Part shown: piece after piece, positions 10,554 to 22,400 of the stretch
How the letters are laid out: every line of letters starts with the position of its first letter
How positions within the stretch are numbered: position 1 is the stretch's first letter
Source: Faecousia sp.
Lineage (GTDB): Bacteria; Bacillota; Clostridia; Oscillospirales; Oscillospiraceae
Length of the DNA: 64,000 nucleotides
Direction of reading: 5' to 3'
Assembly (NCBI GenBank): GCA_045577355.1
Contig: JAZNIG010000060.1
Coordinates: forward strand, 934-64,933
Notes under the pieces: generated by a model
Told to the model about the DNA's origin: nothing
Seen by the model: only the letters and a program-made list of their open reading frames with translations
Database searches by the model: none
Program-made: the position numbers and the translations under genes

Positions 10554-11546
10554 ATGCAAAATTTTACTGGAAAGAGTTTTTTGAAGCTGTTGGATCTTAC
10601 CACTCAGGAAATCAGCGACTTGCTGGCGCTGGCCGCTGAGCTGAAGGCCAAAAAGAAGGCTGGCATCCCTCACAGAATGTGCGAGGGAAAGTCTATTGCG
10701 CTGATCTTTGAAAAGACCAGCACGCGCACACGCTGTGCTTTTGAGGTGGCTGCGGCAGACTTGGGAATGCATCCGGTATATCTGGATCCCAGCGGCTCAC
10801 AAATCGGTAAAAAAGAGAGCATTGCCGACACGGCCAGAGTTCTGGGCCGTATGTTTGATGGGATTGAATACCGTGGCTTTGGCCAGGAGATCGTAGAAGA
10901 GCTCAGTGCCTATGCAGGCGTGCCGGTTTGGAATGGTCTGACCAATGAATACCATCCCACCCAGATCCTGGCGGACTTTCTGACTATTCAGGAGCACTTT
11001 GGAGAGCTTGCCGGTAAAAAGCTGGTCTACATGGGCGATGCCCGCTACAATATGGGCAATTCTCTGATGGTAGGATGCGCGAAAATGGGTATGCACTTTG
11101 TGGCCTGTGCACCGGAAAAGTATTTCCCGGACGCCAATTTAGTGGCTGCCTGTCAGCAGATAGCAAAACAGACCGGTGCGGTATTGGAATTTAATACCGA
11201 TCCTGCAGATGCGGTTAAGGGGGCACACGTGATCTATACAGACGTATGGGTTTCTATGGGTGAGCCCGACGCAGCATGGGAGGAACGGATCCGCGAATTA
11301 TCGCCTTACCGTGTAGATGCAAAACTGATGGAGGCAGCAGGTGAGCAGTGCCGCTTTATGCATTGCCTGCCGGCGTTCCACGATTTGAAGACTACCATCG
11401 GCAAGCAGATCTATGAGAAGTTTGGTATTGACTGTATGGAAGTTACTGACCAGGTTTTTGAAAGTGAACAATCTATTGTATTTGATGAAGCGGAAAACCG
11501 GATGCACACCATTAAGGCTGTGATGGCGGCGGCACTGTCTGAATAA
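10554..11546 (+). CDS. argF: Ornithine carbamoyltransferase
   Basis: STRTR, HPTQ, SMG and HCLP motifs; RBS GAGGAG before ATG10554. Confidence 0.97.
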   Translation: MQNFTGKSFLKLLDLTTQEISDLLALAAELKAKKKAGIPHRMCEGKSIALIFEKTSTRTRCAFEVAAADLGMHPVYLDPSGSQIGKKESIADTARVLGRMFDGIEYRGFGQEIVEELSAYAGVPVWNGLTNEYHPTQILADFLTIQEHFGELAGKKLVYMGDARYNMGNSLMVGCAKMGMHFVACAPEKYFPDANLVAACQQIAKQTGAVLEFNTDPADAVKGAHVIYTDVWVSMGEPDAAWEERIRELSPYRVDAKLMEAAGEQCRFMHCLPAFHDLKTTIGKQIYEKFGIDCMEVTDQVFESEQSIVFDEAENRMHTIKAVMAAALSE

Positions 11547-11606
11547 AAAATTAGGGGCTGTAAAAAAACGCATATTTATTCCGTTTAATCCATAAAATAA
11601 ATTTAC

Positions 11607-11675
11607 GGCGGGAGTAAATCCCCGCCCTACGGTATCTCCGGTGAGATGCTTGTAGGGCGGGGGCTTGCTCCCGCC
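11607..11675. repeat. Inverted pair of GTAG-type REP-like elements (REPIN-like hairpin)
   Basis: 11607-11630 is the reverse complement of GTAGGGCGGGGATTTACTCCCGCC; 11652-11675 is GTAGGGCGGGGGCTTGCTCCCGCC; the spacer also pairs. Confidence 0.75.
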
Positions 11676-11722
11676 AGTTATTGCGTATATTGATACGAGT
11701 TATTTTACGGCCTCTTTGTTTC

Positions 11723-12445
11723 TTATAGAACCTTAGAAAGGAAATCCTGCAGACGGGGATTTTTTGGGTGGTTAAATAATTCCTCCGGTGTATTCTGTTC
11801 CAGAATTTTGCCATCATCCATAAACAGGACACGGCTGCCGACCTCCTTGGCAAAGCCCATTTCGTGGGTAACAACCACCATAGTTATGCCCTCGGCTGCC
11901 AGTTCCTTCATAACTGCCAGAACTTCGCCGACCATTTCAGGGTCCAAAGCAGAGGTTGGCTCGTCAAACAGCATGACCTTAGGATTCATGGCAAGTGCCC
12001 GAACAATCGCGATTCGTTGCTTCTGACCGCCGGAAAGCTGACCTGGGTATGCGTCTGCCTTTTCTTCCAGTCCGACGCGCCGAAGTAGCTTCGTCGCGGT
12101 ATCATCGGCTTGCTCTTTTGTCATCAGACCGGTGCGGACCGGTGCCAAAGTGATGTTTTTACGAATGGTCATGTTATGGAAGAGGTTGAAATGCTGGAAT
12201 ACCATTCCCATTTGACGGCGGACCTGGTCAATATTGATCTTAGGATCTGTGATTGTTGTACCGTGAAAGGTAATTGTACCGGCAGATGGAAGCTCCATCA
12301 GGTTCATGCAGCGAAGGAAGGTGGACTTACCGGAACCCGAAGGACCGATGATGACAACTTTTTCGCCAGGATTGATGTGCTCAGAGATATTGTTCAGAAC
12401 CAAGTGGTCGCCAAAGGATTTGGATAAGTTTTTAACGTCGATCAC
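11723..12445 (-). CDS. Polar amino acid ABC transporter ATP-binding protein (GlnQ/ArtM type)
   Basis: [27 protein letters not shown]. Confidence 0.95.
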   Translation of the reverse strand: MIDVKNLSKSFGDHLVLNNISEHINPGEKVVIIGPSGSGKSTFLRCMNLMELPSAGTITFHGTTITDPKINIDQVRRQMGMVFQHFNLFHNMTIRKNITLAPVRTGLMTKEQADDTATKLLRRVGLEEKADAYPGQLSGGQKQRIAIVRALAMNPKVMLFDEPTSALDPEMVGEVLAVMKELAAEGITMVVVTHEMGFAKEVGSRVLFMDDGKILEQNTPEELFNHPKNPRLQDFLSKVL

Positions 12446-13202
12446 TTTGACGCAGCCTCCTTTCCAGGATACCCTGCAGCCAGGTAAAGATCATTACCAA
12501 AGCCAGATAGATAAGTGCAGAGCCGACAAGAGGGAACATCTGCTCATAGGTGCGTGTGGCGATTGCCTGAGCTGCGTAAACCAGCTCCTTACCGCCGATC
12601 GTATAAATCAAAGCGGTATCTTTTAAAAGGGTGATAAATTCATTCGCCAGGGAAGGGAGAATTGCTTTGAATGCCTGAGGAATTACGATGAAGCGCATGG
12701 TGTCAAAATAATTCAGGCCAAGACTTCTGCCTGCTTCTGATTGACCGGGATCTAGCGACATCAGGCCACCACGGATGATTTCCGCCACATAAGCACCGGA
12801 GTTGATACCCAGCGTCAGAATACCAATACCTGTATAGTTTCGGCTGGTTTTGAAAATAACAAAACCCATAATCAGCATTTGCACCAGCATGGGAGTACCG
12901 CGGATAACGGTTACATAAATTTTACAGATAGAATTAATAAATCCAAGCACAGGATTGTGCTTACCCGGGCGCTGCTGGTCATGTGAGGTGCGGATGATAG
13001 CGACCAGAACACCCAAAAGCACACCGATCACCAGCGCCAGAGCGGTAACCATCAGTGTGCGGCCTACACCCTGCAGATATTGCTGCCAACGGTCGGCTTC
13101 TATAAAGGCTTGGTAGAATTTTACGTAGAACTCTTGCCAGAAGGGAAGCTGTACGCCTTCCTTCATGAGATCCATCCATTGTGTATATAATTCCACAGGC
13201 AT
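12432..13202 (-). CDS. Polar amino acid ABC transporter permease
   Basis: [29 protein letters not shown]. Confidence 0.93.
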   Translation of the reverse strand: MPVELYTQWMDLMKEGVQLPFWQEFYVKFYQAFIEADRWQQYLQGVGRTLMVTALALVIGVLLGVLVAIIRTSHDQQRPGKHNPVLGFINSICKIYVTVIRGTPMLVQMLIMGFVIFKTSRNYTGIGILTLGINSGAYVAEIIRGGLMSLDPGQSEAGRSLGLNYFDTMRFIVIPQAFKAILPSLANEFITLLKDTALIYTIGGKELVYAAQAIATRTYEQMFPLVGSALIYLALVMIFTWLQGILERRLRQSDRR

Positions 13203-13225
13203 TACCTCGCAAATTAATTACCATG

Positions 13226-13253
13226 AAAAAGGGCGGCGAATGCCGCCCTTTTT
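13226..13253 (-). terminator. Hairpin terminator between SBP and permease genes
   Basis: AAAAAGGGCGGC-GAAT-GCCGCCCTTTTT. Confidence 0.65.
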
Positions 13254-13267
13254 ACAAAAATCTTCAA

Positions 13268-14041
13268 TTACTTCTGTTCAGCAGGAATGTACTTGTCAAC
13301 AATCTTCTGAACGGTGCCGTCAGCAATCAGCTCCTTCAGAGCCTTATTGACAGCATCCTTCAGTTCGGTGTTGCCCTTCTTGAAACCGATGGCATAGTCT
13401 TCGTCCGCCCAAGTGCCGTCCAGAATCTTCAGACCGGGATTTGCTTTTACAAATTCCTGCGCGGGGGCATTGTCAATAATAACACAGTCCACCTGACCAT
13501 TCATCAGTGCCTGTACAGCGGTGATGCCATTGTCATAGCCAACAACATTATCTTCGCCGTAGCCACCATTTTCGGGGGTGTCAGATGCGTAAATATAACC
13601 AGTAGTACCAAGCTGGGTACCGATCCTTTTGGTGTCCAGATTGTCCATGGTCACATCGGAGCCGTCCTTAACGATAACGACCTGAACACCCTTCGCATAG
13701 GTGTCAGAGAAGTCCATAACAGCCAGACGCTTCTCGTTAACAGTAACACCAGCCATAACCATGTCGCTCTTACCGTTCTGTGCGGCTTCCAGGGCAGCGT
13801 TGAAGCCCATGTTGTCGATCTGCAGCTCCAGACCCAGCTTCTTTGCGATGGCTTCTGCAATTTCTACATCAATGCCGATGTACTTGCCGTTGTCATCCGT
13901 CATCTCATAGGGAGGAAATGCGGCGTTGGTAGACATGATCAGCTTGCCCTTCTCGATGGTCATACCATCGTTGGAGGAGCAGCCAGCGAACAGGCACAGT
14001 GCCATAACCAGCGCCAGAGCCAAAACTACTAACTTTTTCAT
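13268..14041 (-). CDS. Amino acid ABC transporter substrate-binding lipoprotein (SBP_bac_3), possibly arginine
   Basis: Lipobox FAGC, TNAAFPPYE, GIDVEIA; substrate inferred only from adjacency to arg operon. Confidence 0.9.
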   Translation of the reverse strand: MKKLVVLALALVMALCLFAGCSSNDGMTIEKGKLIMSTNAAFPPYEMTDDNGKYIGIDVEIAEAIAKKLGLELQIDNMGFNAALEAAQNGKSDMVMAGVTVNEKRLAVMDFSDTYAKGVQVVIVKDGSDVTMDNLDTKRIGTQLGTTGYIYASDTPENGGYGEDNVVGYDNGITAVQALMNGQVDCVIIDNAPAQEFVKANPGLKILDGTWADEDYAIGFKKGNTELKDAVNKALKELIADGTVQKIVDKYIPAEQK

Positions 14042-14092
14042 GATGAAAATCTCCTTTTTAAATTCCCCTGAAGGGGATAAGTTGACCCATGT

Positions 14093-14121
14093 ATTATAAC
14101 GCGTATATTATTCAGCGTCAA
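14093..14121 (-). promoter_or_regulatory. SigA promoter of ABC transporter operon
   Basis: Minus strand TTGACG-N17-TATAAT; spacer carries TGAATAATATACG, a weak ARG-box-like site. Confidence 0.65.
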
Positions 14122-14507
14122 TTGGCTAATGATACAAGGTTGCTCCGTAAAATTTAGTGGAAAGTGACAAATAGAACAACAGGATGTATGAAATTAATGA
14201 ATATTTGTATGTTTTGTGGGGCGCCGCCGCGGTATATAACATGCATAATATGCATAGTCTGTGTATATAGACACATCTTGTTTCCTTCATGCTGCAAAGG
14301 AATTGAGTGTAAGGTTTACAGATCAGATGTTAAAGAGAGTGCGCACTAAATGGACAATTGTATCGTATTGGTGTATATTCTTTTGCAGAAATCGGTATTT
14401 CCCAGGAGAATCAGTGTTTTTTGGGCAAAATACTAGTTGTAAATATTTGATGCATATTATATAATATAAAGGTTAAAGAATGCTGACACTTCGGGAGGAA
14501 TACCTGA

Positions 14508-15875
14508 ATGGAAAATAAAAGTGAAGAATTAAAACGTTACCTCGTTCCCGGAACGCATGTACATTTGGTGGGTATTGGCGGTGTTTCCATGCGACCGCTG
14601 GGGTTGGTACTGAAGGGTATGGGGATGCTCGTTACCGGATCGGACATGAATTCCTCGGTTTCTACGGATGAGCTGATCGCCAATGGCATCCAGGTATCTA
14701 TTGGGCACAGGGAAGAGAATATCTTGGGGGCTGCGTGCATTATCCGTACCGCTGCGGCCCATAATGATAATCCGGAGATCGCCGCGGCACGCAGCATGGG
14801 CATTCCTATGTTTGAAAGAGCGCAGGCTTGGGGTGTGATTATGCAAGCGTATAAGAACGCAGTCTGTATTTCCGGCACTCACGGAAAGACTACTACCACC
14901 TCCATGGTGACCCATATTTTGATGGAAGCGAAGGTAGATCCCACAGTAATGATCGGTGGTTATCTGCCCCTTTTGCGTGCCGGTCACCGGGTAGGCAATG
15001 GAGACACTATCTTGCTGGAAAGCTGCGAATACTGCGATTCCTTCCTGAATTTCTTCCCTACACTGGCTGTTGTGCTGAATGTAGAAGCGGATCATCTGGA
15101 TTATTTTAAGGATCTGGCGGATGTACAGAAATCATTTCGACAGTTTGCATTACTGTCTACAGGCGGCGTGCTGGCTAACGGGGATGACCCTCATACCCTG
15201 GAGGCTATGGAGGGCGTGGAATGTGTTACATTTGGATTAAAAGACACCAATAGGATCCGGGCGGCTAATATTTGCCCGGATTGGCGGCATCTGGATGTGG
15301 TTTGTGATGGAGAATTATACTGCCATATCGATTTGAAGGTCTTGGGTCGTCACAATGCGCTGAATGCCTTGGCCGCAGCCGGCACAGCCTGGATGCTGGG
15401 GTTGCCAGGTACTGCGGTAACAGACGGTTTGGCAACCTTCTCCGGCGCAGAGCGGCGGATGCAATTCAAGGGAAGCTACCGGGGCGCAGATGTCTATGAT
15501 GATTATGCGCATCACCCCGATGAGCTGGCGGCTACGATTGATGCCATCCGTTCCATGAATTACAAGCGGGTAGTGATCGCGTTCCAGCCTCATACCTATA
15601 CCCGCACCAAAGCGCTGTTTGATGATTTTGTACGGGAGTTGAGGAAAGCGGATCTTGTGGTACTGGCAGAGATCTATGCCGCCAGGGAGCGCAATACCGT
15701 AGGAATTTCTTCCCGTGACCTGATGGAGCAGGTCCCAGGCAGTGTGTATTGTGAGTCACTGCCCGAAGTGACCAGCTATTTGCGCTGTATTGCGCAGGAG
15801 GGAGATGTTTTGCTGACAATCGGTGCTGGTGATATTTACAGGGCCGGGGAGGCGCTTTTGAAAGAAGATACATGA
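14508..15875 (+). CDS. murC: UDP-N-acetylmuramate--L-alanine ligase
   Basis: GIGGVSM, GTHGKTTT, DDYAHHP, FQPHTYTRT. Confidence 0.96.
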   Translation: MENKSEELKRYLVPGTHVHLVGIGGVSMRPLGLVLKGMGMLVTGSDMNSSVSTDELIANGIQVSIGHREENILGAACIIRTAAAHNDNPEIAAARSMGIPMFERAQAWGVIMQAYKNAVCISGTHGKTTTTSMVTHILMEAKVDPTVMIGGYLPLLRAGHRVGNGDTILLESCEYCDSFLNFFPTLAVVLNVEADHLDYFKDLADVQKSFRQFALLSTGGVLANGDDPHTLEAMEGVECVTFGLKDTNRIRAANICPDWRHLDVVCDGELYCHIDLKVLGRHNALNALAAAGTAWMLGLPGTAVTDGLATFSGAERRMQFKGSYRGADVYDDYAHHPDELAATIDAIRSMNYKRVVIAFQPHTYTRTKALFDDFVRELRKADLVVLAEIYAARERNTVGISSRDLMEQVPGSVYCESLPEVTSYLRCIAQEGDVLLTIGAGDIYRAGEALLKEDT

Positions 15876-15890
15876 AATGAGGTGAATAAT

Positions 15891-16955
15891 TTGCGGAAAC
15901 TTAATGTGTGTGTTTTGTTTGGCGGAATTAGTCCGGAGCATGAGGTGTCCTTACGTTCTGCTGAGTCGGTGCTGAACAATCTGAATAAAGAAAAGTACAA
16001 TATTTTTCCAGTAGGCATCACCAAGGATGGTGATTGGATATTGTATGCCGGTACGGACTATTCTCTGTTGCCTACCGGGCAGTGGCAGGAGTATCCCACC
16101 AATCGACGTGCCGCCATTTCTCCCATCCGGGGTCAGGGGTTGCTCAGCTTTGAAGGGGATTGCGTGGTTCGGGAGCTAATCGATGTGGTATTCCCGGTGC
16201 TTCACGGCGAAAACGGTGAGGATGGTGCTATGCAGGGATTACTGCAGATGGCGGGCATCCCTTATGTGGGCCCCCATGTGGCTGCGTCCGCAGTGGCTAT
16301 GGATAAGACATTGACCAAACTTGTGGTTGATCAGGCATGTGTGCCTCAGGCAGCTTGGCAGTTAGTCAGAAATAGCGAACTGCAAAACCGGATGGATCAA
16401 GTGTTGGATGGCATTGAGAGGGCTTTTTCCTATCCTGTGTTTGTAAAACCTGCTGGCACTGGTTCTTCTGTAGGTGTATCTAAGGCTGCAGATCGGGAGA
16501 CTTTACGGGAAGCTCTGCTGCAGGCTGGTGTTTATGATGAAAAGATCCTAGTTGAGGAATTTATTCATGGCAGAGAAATTGAAGTGGCGGTTATGGGGAA
16601 TGACAGCCCAGCGGCTTCCATCTGCGGTGAGATTGATTCCGGTGCAGATTTCTATGATTATAACGCTAAGTATATTACGGATACATCCATGGCATATATT
16701 CCGGCCCGTATTCCAGAGGATATAGCGGAACAGGTCCGTGATCTGGCGGTTAAGGTTTATAGTTCTATTGGCTGCTGTGGACTAAGCCGTGTGGACTTTT
16801 TCGTCACCTTTGAGGAAAACCGGGTGGTGTTTAACGAGATCAATACCTTGCCTGGTTTTACCTCTATATCCATGTATCCTAAGCTGTTTGCGGCCAGTGG
16901 TATTCCCTATGACCAATTGCTGGATGAACTGCTGAAGCTGGCACTGGAGGCGTAA
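15891..16955 (+). CDS. ddl: D-alanine--D-alanine ligase
   Basis: FGGISPEHEVS, LHGENGEDG, GSSVG, FYDYNAKY, EINTLPG; TTG start after GAGGTG (alternative GTG 15882). Confidence 0.95.
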   Translation: MRKLNVCVLFGGISPEHEVSLRSAESVLNNLNKEKYNIFPVGITKDGDWILYAGTDYSLLPTGQWQEYPTNRRAAISPIRGQGLLSFEGDCVVRELIDVVFPVLHGENGEDGAMQGLLQMAGIPYVGPHVAASAVAMDKTLTKLVVDQACVPQAAWQLVRNSELQNRMDQVLDGIERAFSYPVFVKPAGTGSSVGVSKAADRETLREALLQAGVYDEKILVEEFIHGREIEVAVMGNDSPAASICGEIDSGADFYDYNAKYITDTSMAYIPARIPEDIAEQVRDLAVKVYSSIGCCGLSRVDFFVTFEENRVVFNEINTLPGFTSISMYPKLFAASGIPYDQLLDELLKLALEA

Positions 16956-16956
16956 A

Positions 16957-17385
16957 ATGAAGCAAGCTGTTATGCTGTCCATTCGGGGACGGCAGGCCTA
17001 TCGGGAGCAGGAGCCTGATGTGATCGAATTGATGACAGAGGGCGTTATGGAGCAGCGGGAAGATGGCTGGGATCTGAGTTATGAGGAAAGTGAACTGACC
17101 GGACTGGCAGGCGTTACTACAACCTTCCGGGTCGAGACGGGAAAGATTACCCTAACCCGTACCGGTGCGTTGAATTCACAGATGATTTTTCAGGAAGGTA
17201 CAGTCCATGAATCCCTATATCAGATGGAATTCGGTGCCCTGATGATCAGTGTGATGGCTTCTAAAATCAGAGCGGATATTACTGAAGCTGGCGGTGTGAT
17301 CGATCTGGTGTATGCTATTGAGATCGAGCAAACTGCTGCTGGTGTTGTGGACTATCACTTGGATATCCGTCCCATTGGGAGATAA
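16957..17385 (+). CDS. DUF1934 (YwiB-like) family protein
   Basis: LSYEESELTG...LTRTG..MIF..G..H.SLY pattern; RBS GGAGG. Confidence 0.8.
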   Translation: MKQAVMLSIRGRQAYREQEPDVIELMTEGVMEQREDGWDLSYEESELTGLAGVTTTFRVETGKITLTRTGALNSQMIFQEGTVHESLYQMEFGALMISVMASKIRADITEAGGVIDLVYAIEIEQTAAGVVDYHLDIRPIGR

Positions 17386-17395
17386 AAATACCACA

Positions 17396-17435
17396 AGGGC
17401 GTATTGCAGTTCGAAAATGAACTGCAATACGCCCT
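17396..17435. terminator. 17-bp perfect inverted repeat between convergent genes
   Basis: AGGGCGTATTGCAGTTC-GAAAAT-GAACTGCAATACGCCCT. Confidence 0.7.
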
Positions 17436-17505
17436 AAGATTATCCGACTGTGTAAATTTTATCAATTGCTTTTGAGTTTATAACGGACGCATCTCTTGAA
17501 TTGGA

Positions 17506-19371
17506 CTAGCCATCCTCTGTGACCGGACCATTTTGAACTGGGGAGGTTTCGGTGGGAGTGATCCATTCTTCCGGGGTTGTTGTTTCTTCTGGAACTGTAG
17601 TTTCTTCTGGAACCGTAGTTTCTTCCGGAATCGTAGTTTCTTCCGGTGGTACTGTGGACTCTTCCGATGGTGTTGTGGATTCCTGAGGGGGGACTGTGGT
17701 TTCTTCGCTGGTGATCTTGCAGATGACCCGGTCTCGTTTGTTGTAGTCGGAAACCGCTTCCTTTTCTCTGGAAATCAGTTGATTTGTCTGTTTGTCGTAC
17801 TTGCAGCGATACGTAACAATTTTGTACCCGGTATAGGGAGAGGTAATCTCGTCCCCATCTTTGTAGCCTTTTTCATTATTCTCGGCCATTTCCAATTCGA
17901 CTGTCTTGTAATTATGCGTTGCCAAAACTTCATATTCCATCTTCACATAATACGCTTTTGTGTCTGTGCCCCATAATTTGATGGTCACATTGCCACCGGA
18001 GGCGATAGCTTCTATGTGGATGGGATATTCTGTATTGTTGCAAAAACAAAATTCCGGGCCGCCCCAGGAAACAGTGGCATCCATACCCATGGGAACGTAT
18101 GTATTCAGAAAGCCATGATTAATGCGGGTCACGATCTGCAGATCAGACATCAGAGCACAGTAATAAAGGGTGGAGGATACCTGACAGATGCCACCGCCAA
18201 TCGTGTTGATCGTCTGACTGCCGTAATAGGAGGCGGCGTATTTGTAACCCTTTTCACTGGTGCGTTCACCCAAAACCTTGTTGTAGTTAAAGGTCTCACC
18301 GGGAGCAAGGATTACGCCGTTGACTGCTTGGCATGCCAAACGCAGGTTTGTATCCCGGTTTGTGCTGCTGGAGGATTTGGCAGTGTATGTAGCCAGCAGG
18401 TCTCGGTACAACAGGGAATCCAACGCCTCTTGCGTGGTGCCGGGAGCTACACAATAATAAGGAATGGAGATTGATTGCCCATATTCTGCAGATGCAAGCA
18501 GGGTTTTTGCATTATCCAAATTGAAGTAGTATCCATAGGAATGGGCGGTTGCCTGATTTGTTTGGGGGTCTAAAACAGAATCTACTGGCTCTGAATAGGT
18601 ATCTTTATAAATTGCGTCCAGATCCACAGTGTCTGGTTCGGTGCATGCACATTCGCCATACACGCGAAAGCTGTTTTGGTTATATGCAGTTAAAACCTGA
18701 TTGAAGAGTTTTTCCAAATCCAAATCATATCCCGGTGTACCCAGAGTAATGACCAGTGTTTGATCCTGACCCTCTATACCCACTATCTTATATACAGGCT
18801 GTGTCAGTTGGGAACTGTAGCGAGAGGCCAGCTTTTTTAGCTCGCCACGGATTGCTTCCTTGTTCAGCTTCAGACATGGAAGAATATCTATACGGATATT
18901 GCCGGACATAGCTTGAAGCTGCTGCGTGGCATTTTGAACAGTGGAACCGCTGCGGCCGCAAGCGTAGGCCAATGCTACTGCAGCTTCCACATCCAGAGAA
19001 GCACCAGTAAGACCGGGATTGAGGGATATGCTGTGTTCCAGTACATGTACCACCATAGATTTCTGGGTATAGGTGCTGGAGGTGGCCTTGCGGACGGCTT
19101 GGACCGCTTCCGCTCTGGTCATGCCGCCTACGTCGACACCTGCCACGATCACATTATCCATAATGGTTTGGCTGGACAGGTCTTTACCCAAATACAAATA
19201 TCCAAGGGTTAGACCGGTGATCAGAACCACGACCGTTGTAAGGATTGCAGCAATAAAAATAAAACGTTTGCCGGATTTTTTTTGGTACTTTCCGACTGGT
19301 TTTTTATGAGGTTGATTTGGCTGCGTATTTTTTAATTGTGCTTGGTCAGCAGGCTTCGTAATCTTAGCCAT
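17506..19371 (-). CDS. VanW-family membrane-anchored protein (PG-binding + VanW + Thr/Glu/Pro tail)
   Basis: N-terminal TM; NGVILAPGETFNYN, GGGICQVSSTLY, GMDATVSWG VanW motifs. Confidence 0.9.
   Translation of the reverse strand: MAKITKPADQAQLKNTQPNQPHKKPVGKYQKKSGKRFIFIAAILTTVVVLITGLTLGYLYLGKDLSSQTIMDNVIVAGVDVGGMTRAEAVQAVRKATSSTYTQKSMVVHVLEHSISLNPGLTGASLDVEAAVALAYACGRSGSTVQNATQQLQAMSGNIRIDILPCLKLNKEAIRGELKKLASRYSSQLTQPVYKIVGIEGQDQTLVITLGTPGYDLDLEKLFNQVLTAYNQNSFRVYGECACTEPDTVDLDAIYKDTYSEPVDSVLDPQTNQATAHSYGYYFNLDNAKTLLASAEYGQSISIPYYCVAPGTTQEALDSLLYRDLLATYTAKSSSSTNRDTNLRLACQAVNGVILAPGETFNYNKVLGERTSEKGYKYAASYYGSQTINTIGGGICQVSSTLYYCALMSDLQIVTRINHGFLNTYVPMGMDATVSWGGPEFCFCNNTEYPIHIEAIASGGNVTIKLWGTDTKAYYVKMEYEVLATHNYKTVELEMAENNEKGYKDGDEITSPYTGYKIVTYRCKYDKQTNQLISREKEAVSDYNKRDRVICKITSEETTVPPQESTTPSEESTVPPEETTIPEETTVPEETTVPEETTTPEEWITPTETSPVQNGPVTEDG
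17566..17706 (-). repeat. Coding tandem repeat EETT(V/I/T)P in VanW protein tail
   Basis: About 7 degenerate 18-21 bp units. Confidence 0.8.
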
Positions 19372-19444
19372 GAAAACATCTCCTTATAAGAGAGTTGAAA
19401 ATTTATACCATTATAACATTTAAAATGAAAATTAAGACTTGCGG

Positions 19445-22400
19445 TTAAATACTACGGCAATTTTGATACCGGTCAATTAATACTTTGGCTTGACGCAGGC
19501 TGTCCGCACCGCTTGCTAATTTCAGGCGCAGAGTAGGCTCTTTAGCGGTGGCAACAAATTGGACCCTTGCTTTATAATCAGGTTCAGAGCATAAGGCACT
19601 GACTGCCTCAAAATCCAAATTGGTCAGGGTAAACAGAATATCACCGGCCTTTTGGTGGATGTCGCAAATTCCAGCCTTGCGCGCGTTGGCACGAAGCAGA
19701 GCAATTTCCACCAGATTCAGTACGCCTTTAGGTGGTTCGCCATATCGGTCCACAATTTCATCCAACAGGTCATCCGCATCCTCCTGTGAGCGGATGGCAG
19801 CCATTCGGCGATACAGGTCCATACGTTCCTCGCCTCGGGAAACATAATCCTGATCCACGTTGGCAGTTACATTCAGGTCGGCAGTACAGTCGGGCTCTTT
19901 GGGCTTTTCACCCCGCTCTTCCAGAACAGCCTCATCCAGCAGTTTCAAATACATATCATAGCCAACAGACATCATGTGCCCGGATTGCTCGGCACCCAAC
20001 AGATTGCCGGCGCCACGGATCTCCAGATCCCGCATGGCAATTTTAAAGCCGGATCCGAATTCCGCAAAATCCCGGATGGCAGACAAGCGCTTTTCTGCTA
20101 TCTCCGTCAGTGCTTTATCCGGGCGATAGGTGAAGTAGGCGTAAGCATGGCGGGTGGATCGGCCAACACGTCCCCGAAGTTGGTGAAGCTGGCTTAAACC
20201 AAAATGATCCGCATTTTCAATAATTAGTGTGTTGGCGTTGGGAATATCCAATCCGGTTTCAATAATTGTGGTGCAGACCAGTACTTGTATATCACCGTCA
20301 GCCATGGCATGCATGACTTCACCCAATTCGTCTTCCCCCATTTTGCCGTGTGCGACTGCTACGCTCAGACCGGGTATGCGGCGCTTTAAAGCAGATGCGC
20401 ATTGCTCAATGGTTTCTACACGGTTATGCAGATAATAAACCTGGCCGCCGCGCTCAATTTCACGACGGATGGCATCGTCAAGAATCGGATTGCAGTGCTC
20501 CATCACGTAGGTCTGAACCGGGTAACGGTCCGCGGGAGGCTCTTCAATTGTGGACATATCCCGGATGCCGGATAGAGCCATGTTCAGAGTGCGGGGGATG
20601 GGTGTGGCTGACAGAGTCAATACATCGACGCCTGTGGAGATTTCCTTCAGACGCTCCTTGTGACTGACACCAAAGCGCTGTTCTTCATCCACGATCAGCA
20701 AACCCAGATCTTTAAATTCTACGCTTTTTTGCAGCAGCTTGTGAGTGCCAATGAGCAGGTCTACCTGACCGGCACGTAAATTCTGCAGGGTACGCTTCTG
20801 TTGGGATGGAGTGCGGAAGCGGCTGAGCACATCAATATTTACTGGGAAACCCCGAAAACGGGCCACAGCGGTCTGATAATGCTGCTGAGCAAGAACAGTG
20901 GTTGGTACCAGGATCGCTACCTGTTTGCCATCCATCACAGCTTTCATCACAGCACGCAGGGCTACCTCGGTTTTGCCAAAACCTACATCACCGCACAGAA
21001 GTCGATCCATGGGAGTAGGGGATTCCATATCGCCCTTAATTTCGGCAATACAGCGGAGCTGGTCATCTGTCTCTGGGTAGGGGAAATTATCTTCAAATTC
21101 TTTTTGCCAAGGAGAGTCAGCGGCAAAGGCAAATCCCTCTTGTCGCTTTCGAGCCGCGTATAATTGGATCAGCTCACCGGCCATATCCTTAGCGGCTTTT
21201 CGGGCTTTGGCTTTTGTTTTTTGCCAGGCATCTGTACCGATCTTATTCAGACGCACATTTGCTTCCTCACTGCCACCGCCAATATACTTGCTGACCATGT
21301 CCAATTGTGTGGCGGGAACGAACAGCGTATCGCTGCCTTGATAAGCAATTTTTACATAGTCCTTGACAGCACCATCTACCTTAATCTGCTCCATAGCTAC
21401 AAAGCGACCGATACCGTAGTTTTCATGAACCACAAGATCGCCAGGGGTAAGATCAGTAAAGGAATTTAGCTTTTGCCTATTAGTGGCAGATTTTTTTGCT
21501 TTTCGGCGGGGGTGACCTTTGACAATCAACTGGCCTTCAGTGAGAACTGCTAGCTTGGAATTGGGATATTCCATGCCATGAGGAAGTGTGCCCTCAGTCA
21601 GTAAAATCTGGCCCGGTTTGGGCATGGAGGTCAATGGAACACATAAAAACGCGGATAGGCCCCTGCTGCTTAACATTTCCTGTAAAAGCTCCGCGCGGCG
21701 GCGGGTACCGCAGAGTACCAGGCTGGAAAATCCCATTTTTTGATAATGCGACAAGTCACTTGCGGCTGTGTCCAGATTGCCGCCGTAGCTGGGAAGCTGT
21801 TTAGCAGCCATCGGCAGCAGTGCTTCGGGGGGATTCTCCTCTGGATAGGAGGTGCCGCTGAAGGAATCCAGATACAGCACACACCGCCCGTGCAATGTCT
21901 GGCAGAAATCTTCCCACTGGCATACATAATCACACAACTCGCCGGCGACCAGTCCGCTTTGCAAAATGCTATCCAACTGCAGACCGATTTCCTCATCCCG
22001 TGTTCGAGAGGCACGGTGTAGGTTGCTTTGATCACAGAGGATTAGTAAGGCGTTTTTTGGAAGATAGGACATGGCAGTGGTATTCTCCTGATAGATCAGT
22101 GACATATAGCGATCCGAAGCGGGATTGTGTATACCGGTTTCGTACTTTTCCAAGTCTTTTTCCAAGGTCTTAATCAACGACTCGTTAGGTGTTTTTCTGC
22201 GTATTTGGCGGGCTATTAAATTACGAAGATCAGTACACAGGCCGTTTATTCCTTGCGGATGGAGCCTGGGTTGGGTCTCGCCTACTGGTAGAATCACTGC
22301 TTCATCCACATTTTCCGTGCGGCGTTGGGTATCCGGATCAAAATAGCCCATAGTATCCAACTCATCACCAAAAAACTCAGCACGGACAGGACGGTCAGCA

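Noticed and set aside
13181-14032. 283-aa antisense ORF over the SBP gene, and similar ORFs over cysS, prs and argB
   Set aside because: Antisense shadows of well-supported genes
14241-14255. Palindrome ATGCAT-AAT-ATGCAT as an ARG box
   Set aside because: Half-site spacing is one base short of consensus and it is ~120 bp from the promoter; regulator unassignable
17566-17706. Tandem repeat as a CRISPR array
   Set aside because: In-frame coding linker repeat with no unique spacers; no cas genes
15891-19371. ddl plus vanW as a glycopeptide-resistance cluster
   Set aside because: Ddl has the D-Ala-D-Ala type YDY..KY loop and sits in a murC operon; no vanH/X/R/S; the genes are convergent
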